From the NCBI GenBank assembly GCA_021650915.1, contig CP091279.1:840001-872000 (forward strand): a stretch of 32,000 nucleotides of DNA, given 5' to 3'. Made by a program: the position numbers and the translations under genes. The notes under the pieces were generated by a model, which ran no database searches, had not been told where the DNA came from, and saw only the letters and a program-made list of their open reading frames with translations. The DNA comes from Candidatus Brocadia sp. GTDB lineage: Bacteria > Planctomycetota > Brocadiia > Brocadiales > Brocadiaceae. Positions 26,432 to 32,000 of this stretch are shown piece by piece (positions within the stretch are counted from its first letter, which is position 1; each line of letters begins with the position of its first letter).

Positions 26432-27202
26432 TCACGACGCGATGCCGTTCCAGTCCCACTCCACGATCCTTTGTTGCATGGTGTAGTCTGTCAGGTCATA
26501 GCGAAGGGGAGTAATGGAGATATATCCTTCATTGACGGCATGAATATCGGTATCTTTCTCGCGATGCAGGGTCTTGTCGGCGCCTATGAGCCAGTAATAG
26601 GCCCTTCCGCCCGGATCGATACGTTTCTCAAAGTTTTCTTTAAAGTCATGGGTAAATTGCCGGGTTATCTTTATCCCTTTGATCAGTTCCGGGGGAATCG
26701 CAGGAATATTAACGTTGAGCAACGTCCCTTTCGGCAACGGGTGAGTTAGAATGCGTTCTATAACCTTTCGCGCAATCTTTGCGGCGCTGTGGACGTCGTC
26801 GTACCGTCCTGAGAGATCGAAGGAAACGGCAATGGAGGGGAAGCCCATGATGGCTGCCTCAACAGCGGCTGCAACCGTTCCGGAATAGAGGATATGGATT
26901 CCCACGTTGGAGCCCATGTTAATACCGGAGATGACCACGTCCGGCTTCTGCTTCATGATCTCATAGATGGCCAGTTTTACGCAATCTGCCGGAGATCCGT
27001 TTACCCCGTAACCAATACGCTCATTATTTACCTGCACCTCACGTATGCGCAGCGGGTGGCCGAAGGTGATGGAGTGCCCTACGCCACTCTGCTCCACATC
27101 GGGCGCTACCACGGCAACTTGTCCCATGTCCTGAATCATATGCTTCAGGGCGGCAATGCCGGGGGCATAAATACCGTCATCGTTTGTCAGCAATATCTGC
27201 AT
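26432..27202 (-). CDS. surE: 5'/3'-nucleotidase SurE
   Basis: 256-aa ORF with the N-terminal MQILLTNDDGIYAPGI signature and a later SGINMGSN motif. Confidence 0.95.
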   Translation of the reverse strand: MQILLTNDDGIYAPGIAALKHMIQDMGQVAVVAPDVEQSGVGHSITFGHPLRIREVQVNNERIGYGVNGSPADCVKLAIYEIMKQKPDVVISGINMGSNVGIHILYSGTVAAAVEAAIMGFPSIAVSFDLSGRYDDVHSAAKIARKVIERILTHPLPKGTLLNVNIPAIPPELIKGIKITRQFTHDFKENFEKRIDPGGRAYYWLIGADKTLHREKDTDIHAVNEGYISITPLRYDLTDYTMQQRIVEWDWNGIAS

Positions 27203-27207
27203 AATCT

Positions 27208-27891
27208 TTACCTCGCATCATCATAAAATCGTTTAATCGTTCGAATATCCACACCAGCCCAGTAAGCCAGGACCACAAGCTTGTTGATCAGCAACTGTCG
27301 CACGACACCCTTCCTGACGAATCGTCTCGCAGAAGAAATCACTGGTACCCGGATAAGGATAACCTTGCCCTGACGGCCAAGCCGTTTGTAAAAATCATAG
27401 TCTTCCATAATTGGCATCTCTTTATATCCCCTGAGGGCTTGAAAAACTTCACGCCGCACAAAAATACCCTGATCGCCAAAATGAAAGAGCCGGAAATTGA
27501 ATCCGGTGAGAAAGGAGATGCCTTTTAGGATACCCGTCTCCGCGTCAAACGCAAGTGAAAAGGAACCACCTGCTACCGCCGGATCCTTCATCCTTTTTCT
27601 TATATTGCGGAAGGCATTGTCTGGTAAAACTGTGTCGGCATGCAGGAACAAAAAGATGCTGCCATTGCACGCCCTGGCGCCGCAATTCATCTGTATTGCC
27701 CGTCCGCGTTTGCTGTGTATTACGGTGGTATAGCTTCTTGCAATCGTGACCGTGCGGTCGGCGCTGCCTCCGTCTACCACAAAACATTCATATTCACCAT
27801 CCTGCCTGATAACGCTCCGAAGGGTTTTTTCCAGGCAGGATTCTTCGTTTAACGTGGGGATAACAACCGATATCTTCAAGAATCTGGGCAA
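27208..27891 (-). CDS. family 2 glycosyltransferase (TIGR04283-like)
   Basis: It reads SVVIPTLNEE...FVVDGGSADRT...GRAIQMNCGA...LFLHADTVLP...GDQGIFVRR...IMEDYDFYKRL...SSARRF, the pattern typical of this small GT2 subfamily. Confidence 0.85.
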   Translation of the reverse strand: MPRFLKISVVIPTLNEESCLEKTLRSVIRQDGEYECFVVDGGSADRTVTIARSYTTVIHSKRGRAIQMNCGARACNGSIFLFLHADTVLPDNAFRNIRKRMKDPAVAGGSFSLAFDAETGILKGISFLTGFNFRLFHFGDQGIFVRREVFQALRGYKEMPIMEDYDFYKRLGRQGKVILIRVPVISSARRFVRKGVVRQLLINKLVVLAYWAGVDIRTIKRFYDDAR

Positions 27892-27939
27892 AATTTATGT
27901 ATAGGATTTCAAATTTTCTGTTCCTGCCTTACCCACCCC

Positions 27940-28683
27940 TCAGGAGACCCAATGCTTCGAGGCAGAATGCCTCGCAATCAATTCCTTCATCTCAGAGACA
28001 GCCTTCTGAATTCCGGTAAAAACTGCCCGTGATACGATGCTGTGCCCAATATGCAGTTCTTCAACGTTCAGAGATTCCACAAGCAATCCGACGTTCTGGT
28101 ACGTCAAGCCGTGTCCCGCATTGACCCGTAATCCCGCTGCACGGGCAATCCTTGCGCCTTGCTGCAGTTTCTCAATCAAGGTATTCCTGGTAACCGGATC
28201 TCCTGTATTTGCATAATTTCCTGTATGCAATTCAATGTACGATGCACCCACGTCCTTAGCCGCAGCAATCTGTATTTCTTCCGGGTCGATAAAAAGACTG
28301 ACCTGGATGCCATCGCCCTTCAGCCTTTTGACTACCTCCCGAATTGTCGTTTTTTGGAAGGCAACATCCAATCCGCCCTCCGTGGTAACCTCCTGTCTTT
28401 TTTCAGGCACAAGGGTTACCTGCTCCGGTTTTGTTTTCAAGGCGATATCAACGATCTCCGGCGCGGTTGACATTTCGAGATTTATCTTGGTGCAGGCCGT
28501 TTCCCGCAGTAATTTCACATCCCGGTCCTGAATATGCCTTCGGTCTTCTCTCAGGTGAACGGTAATAATATCAGCGCCGCCCAGGACGGCAAGGTATGCC
28601 GCCATTACCGGATCAGGCTCGAACGTCCTTCTCGCCTGACGCAGTGTTGCAACATGATCTATATTAACCCCTAATTGTATCAT
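27940..28683 (-). CDS. pdxJ: pyridoxine 5'-phosphate synthase
   Basis: It carries [21 protein letters not shown] and NAGHGL motifs. It overlaps the upstream gene by 4 nt. Confidence 0.95.
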   Translation of the reverse strand: MIQLGVNIDHVATLRQARRTFEPDPVMAAYLAVLGGADIITVHLREDRRHIQDRDVKLLRETACTKINLEMSTAPEIVDIALKTKPEQVTLVPEKRQEVTTEGGLDVAFQKTTIREVVKRLKGDGIQVSLFIDPEEIQIAAAKDVGASYIELHTGNYANTGDPVTRNTLIEKLQQGARIARAAGLRVNAGHGLTYQNVGLLVESLNVEELHIGHSIVSRAVFTGIQKAVSEMKELIARHSASKHWVS

Positions 28684-29681
28684 CGCGCCTCCGCAGAACG
28701 CTGGGTTTCGCGAATGTCCAGGTGGGCCTCAGGCAACTTATCGGCAATCTCAACATTTTTCGGCAAGATACTTTTTATGGGCTGTTTGTACGGACCCGGC
28801 GGTTTCAAAGAAGTAACATCGATATAGAGTATTACGTCATCGGTATTCAGTTTATCAAGCAAGAGTTTCGGGCCCTTCACTTTTACCTCCACAAACTCAT
28901 CCTGCAGCTTAATCAGGTAGGGATACTCTGCAGGAGATATGATCTTTATCTTTATTTTCCCAAGTACCCGTGTGTCCTGTTGTTCCACGATTTGCAGCCA
29001 GACTCTGACGTCCTCTTTGCATTCAACCGGCAGCGAAACCGTTTTGTCGCCACGCCTGATTGCCACCCGCTTGTCTATTTCGATCCGCCAGGGAAAGGTG
29101 CGGTTTTGCTCTCCGGAAATCCCGCTGATATCAACCGGAACCGTATTGATAGAAGAAACTTCCTTTAATGCGCTGAGAGGCCCGGTAACCTCCACTTCCC
29201 CCGGAAAGATAAATTCATTTACAACACTGTATCCAACGGCGGGCTCACCCTTTTTTTGCAAGACGACTTTTAACTTTTTCTTTTGTAACTTACCCAGCAC
29301 AACGTCGATTTTATCCGGATAAACGGAAACCAGTTTAACGGCGGGAGGCAAATCCAGGTGTTCTCTCCGGATAAAAATGCTTTGTTTTAGCTGATCTTCG
29401 ATTCCATCGGGAGATTCCCTTATGACATACTGCGCCCATATTTTATGGTCCTTTATCATGCCGTCAACCGTGTCAATCACATTCTGCGGGCCCTGTACAT
29501 GTATGGTAACCTCCTCGGTGCTCTGCTCGACGATGGCAATGCCTTCGGGTACGGAAACCGTCAGGCTCACGGTTGCGGATAAATCTCCCGTATGACGATT
29601 AATGGCATATAACCACAGAGCAAATGCCATGACCAGCGCCATAAGTTTTGTAGGAAGATTCTCAGTAAATATATTCTTCAT
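28680..29681 (-). CDS. cdaR: YbbR-domain protein (CdaR-like regulator of diadenylate cyclase)
   Basis: It has an N-terminal membrane anchor ([15 protein letters not shown]) followed by repeated beta-rich YbbR-like modules. It lies immediately downstream of cdaA with a 4-nt overlap. Confidence 0.8.
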   Translation of the reverse strand: MKNIFTENLPTKLMALVMAFALWLYAINRHTGDLSATVSLTVSVPEGIAIVEQSTEEVTIHVQGPQNVIDTVDGMIKDHKIWAQYVIRESPDGIEDQLKQSIFIRREHLDLPPAVKLVSVYPDKIDVVLGKLQKKKLKVVLQKKGEPAVGYSVVNEFIFPGEVEVTGPLSALKEVSSINTVPVDISGISGEQNRTFPWRIEIDKRVAIRRGDKTVSLPVECKEDVRVWLQIVEQQDTRVLGKIKIKIISPAEYPYLIKLQDEFVEVKVKGPKLLLDKLNTDDVILYIDVTSLKPPGPYKQPIKSILPKNVEIADKLPEAHLDIRETQRSAEAR

Positions 29682-30502
29682 CTTCCGCGGGTACTCTTGG
29701 CGACACTAAATCTTTCGGTGGACAGATCATCGAGTATTTTTTTCAGTCCTTTCTCGTCAACGCCCTGATTTAATGTCCCTTTAAAGCCGGTTGATATAGT
29801 CCCTGTTTCTTCAGATACAATAATGACAAGGGCATCGGTTTCTTCGGTAAGACCGATGCCCGCCCGGTGGCGGGTCCCCAGGCTTCTCGACAATTCGGTC
29901 TTTTCGGTAAGCGGAAGCAGACATCCGGCTGCGCTTATCTTTTGCTCCTGAATAATAACCGCGCCGTCGTGGAGAGGAGAGCCAGGCCAAAAAATGGTAT
30001 TCAGCAAATCACGTGAAACGTCCGCATGCAATTTCGTTCCCGTTTCCACAAAGTTACCCAGCCCAATGTCCCGTTCAATGGCAATTAGGGCGCCAATCCT
30101 GTTTTTGGATAAATATTCGACCGCCTGTATGATTTCGTAGGTCATTTCCTGCTGTTCAGACTTTAAAAACATGCTGAAAACGGGGTTTTGTCCGAGTCTT
30201 AGCAAGGCACGCCGAAATTCAGGCTGAAAGAGAATGATAATCGGGATGATAAATACCGGGACAAATTCCGTTATTAACCAATCGATGGTAAAGAGCTGCA
30301 ATTTTCGCACAAAGAACAGCACGCCAATGGATATCAAGACAATAATAAACGCCAGACCCCGTAAAATGCTGGTTCCGCTGGTCCCCTGCATGATCCTGAG
30401 CACAACGTACACCACCATAAAGATAAGGAAGATCTCACCCAGAGATCTTCCTATCATCCAACCGCTGATATTTTTAAATAGACCAGAAATACTTTCAAAC
30501 AT
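29678..30502 (-). CDS. cdaA: diadenylate cyclase CdaA
   Basis: It has three N-terminal transmembrane helices followed by a DisA_N domain: GALIAIERD, HDGAVII and TRHRAGIGLTEETDALVIIVSEETGTIS. Confidence 0.92.
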   Translation of the reverse strand: MFESISGLFKNISGWMIGRSLGEIFLIFMVVYVVLRIMQGTSGTSILRGLAFIIVLISIGVLFFVRKLQLFTIDWLITEFVPVFIIPIIILFQPEFRRALLRLGQNPVFSMFLKSEQQEMTYEIIQAVEYLSKNRIGALIAIERDIGLGNFVETGTKLHADVSRDLLNTIFWPGSPLHDGAVIIQEQKISAAGCLLPLTEKTELSRSLGTRHRAGIGLTEETDALVIIVSEETGTISTGFKGTLNQGVDEKGLKKILDDLSTERFSVAKSTRGR

Positions 30503-31422
30503 TACCGGTTCCCGATTGCATCACACAAAGTTACCACCTGGGCCGCTTCACGCACGTCGTGAACCCGCACCATATGGGCGCCGTTCATAACGGCAACAGC
30601 AAGCGTTGCGAGTGTTCCATACAAACGTTCATGGACGGGGAGATCCAGGACGGCGCCGATAAACTTTTTCCGGGACGTACCCACCATTACAGGGAAGCCC
30701 AGGCTTGCAAACTCCCTCAACCTTCTCAGGATTTCCAGATTCTGCTGCACCGTCTTTCCAAAACCAATGCCGGGATCAACGATAATCCTTTCTCTTTTTA
30801 CGCCCGCGCTCACTGCCAGGGAGATCGATTTTTTTAAGAACGACCTTATTTCCGCACATGCGTTCTTCCGCAGGGGATATTTCTGCATGGTCCTTGTGCT
30901 GCCCTTTTTATGCATAATGATAACGGGTACCTGCGACACGGCGGCGACCCGCGCCATCTCTTTGTCCATCCGTAAACCGCCGATATCATTAATAATTGAC
31001 GCCCCGGCATCAATCGCCCTTTCTGCAACCGCGGCCTTATAGGTATCGATGGAAATTGGCGCTCGTATCCGCTTTGATAAGAGTTTAATAAGGGGAATTA
31101 CCCTGGTTATTTCTTCTGTTTCCGTCACAGGAGATGCGCCTGGTCTCGTGGATTCGCCGCCGACGTCGATGATATCTGCGCCGCAATTCACCATGTCGAG
31201 CGCATGTTCAACGGCGCTTTCGTGGGTAGCATATCGCTTGCCGTCGTAAAAAGAATCCGGGGTTACGTTCAGGATTCCCATGACATACGTCTTTGTCCCG
31301 AGGTTCAATATGCCCTGCGGATAGGGCACATCAAAACATCCCCTTTTCAGATTGTCCGGCCTGTCCTGGATTGTTTGCCCTGATTTGGGAAGAGGAGTGT
31401 CCATAATCGCAACATCCCTCAT
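30502..31422 (-). CDS. folP: dihydropteroate synthase
   Basis: It carries MGILNVTPDSFYDG, DVGGESTRPGA, INDIGG and DPGIGFGK motifs. Confidence 0.95.
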   Translation of the reverse strand: MRDVAIMDTPLPKSGQTIQDRPDNLKRGCFDVPYPQGILNLGTKTYVMGILNVTPDSFYDGKRYATHESAVEHALDMVNCGADIIDVGGESTRPGASPVTETEEITRVIPLIKLLSKRIRAPISIDTYKAAVAERAIDAGASIINDIGGLRMDKEMARVAAVSQVPVIIMHKKGSTRTMQKYPLRKNACAEIRSFLKKSISLAVSAGVKRERIIVDPGIGFGKTVQQNLEILRRLREFASLGFPVMVGTSRKKFIGAVLDLPVHERLYGTLATLAVAVMNGAHMVRVHDVREAAQVVTLCDAIGNR

Positions 31423-31424
31423 GA

Positions 31425-31940
31425 TTACCAGTCCTCTTCCATTGCATCCACAATGCCGCGGGCAACATTTACAAAGGCCTCCGTGCCGGAAGAGGTAAGC
31501 GTTTCATTCCTTGGAACAATAAACTCCGCTGCCTTGCTAATGTTTTTTCGCGGAACAATGGCCCTTCCTGTCCTCTTATCCACCCACTGTATTTCGATTC
31601 CTACAGATGTCCGGCTCTCGATGATGTTGTCATTCCTATTTTCAATGGTAACACCTTCATTAAAACTGGTAATCTTCCCGAACAAAATCGAATCGGCCTC
31701 ATCTTTATCCACTACCCGCAGTCGCGTTCTGAGCAGGATTTGATCACGAACAGCCTTGGTAAGGTCAAACTCATATCCCCGGCGAAAGGTGTTATTATCG
31801 AAAATCGGGACGTAGATACTCCGTACGTTGGAACGAAGCAACGATCGTGAAGAGTAACCACAACCCACAACCGCAGCGATAAAAAACATCACCACCGTCA
31901 GACAGACAATGGATGTGGATCTGTTGCGCTGAAAAAACAT
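31425..31940 (-). CDS. lipoprotein, LptE-like (LPS assembly)
   Basis: This is ORF 31425..31988. The likely start is MFFQRNRSTSIVCLTVVMFFIAAVVGCGYSS, which has the lipobox VVGC. The pattern CGY...S....IYVPIFDN.T resembles LptE/RlpB. Assignment is tentative. Confidence 0.45.
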   Translation of the reverse strand: MFFQRNRSTSIVCLTVVMFFIAAVVGCGYSSRSLLRSNVRSIYVPIFDNNTFRRGYEFDLTKAVRDQILLRTRLRVVDKDEADSILFGKITSFNEGVTIENRNDNIIESRTSVGIEIQWVDKRTGRAIVPRKNISKAAEFIVPRNETLTSSGTEAFVNVARGIVDAMEEDW

Positions 31941-32000
31941 CTTTCCCGGGAAGAGGTCTTTTCGCCCCCCTGTTTTCCCACATCGCAATGAAGAAAGGGA

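Noticed and set aside
26193-26459. 88-aa minus-strand ORF overlapping the surE 3' end
   Set aside because: It runs through the hairpin-rich intergenic region and overlaps surE. It has arginine/serine/proline-rich composition, no ribosome-binding site and no motifs.

Overview
The window falls into three blocks. (1) 1-9100 holds mostly ordinary genes on both strands: ogt, an HExxH membrane protein, tRNA-Ala(CGC), a PIG-L deacetylase, a GNAT plus an orphan histidine kinase, a 2-hydroxyacid dehydrogenase, an exported protein and a nucleoside-phosphorylase-like protein. It also contains decay products: an MBL-hydrolase remnant, an AIR-synthase-like remnant and the 3' third of an ISL3 element. (2) About 9100-25700 is a heavily rearranged accessory region. 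Its left part (9300-14600) is visibly more GC-rich. There all ORFs lie on the minus strand and are separated by three (possibly four) 58-76 bp imperfect palindromes with the architecture of integron attC sites. I read this as an integron-type cassette array with no integrase in the window. The cassettes are a GNAT, hicB plus frameshifted hicA, an unknown 155-aa protein plus a P-loop kinase, and a truncated HepT. The array and its right flank are riddled with IS elements. Two copies of one 1107-bp IS630-family element are each destroyed by nested insertions of three other IS types (exact ends and target duplications are readable). There is also a partial IS copy, an IS110-family element with a long structured leader, and a 515-codon ORF of unknown family interrupted only by two in-frame stops. 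Cargo in this part includes a COG1533-type radical SAM protein and a DUF4258/YgiT-zinc-finger pair. (3) 26400-32000 is a conserved minus-strand operon: lptE-like, folP, cdaA, cdaR, pdxJ, then a GT2 glycosyltransferase and surE. I found no rRNA and no CRISPR array. The repeat flavour and gene content remind me of anammox-type Planctomycetes, but I cannot verify that. All homology calls come from motif recognition by eye, not from searches.
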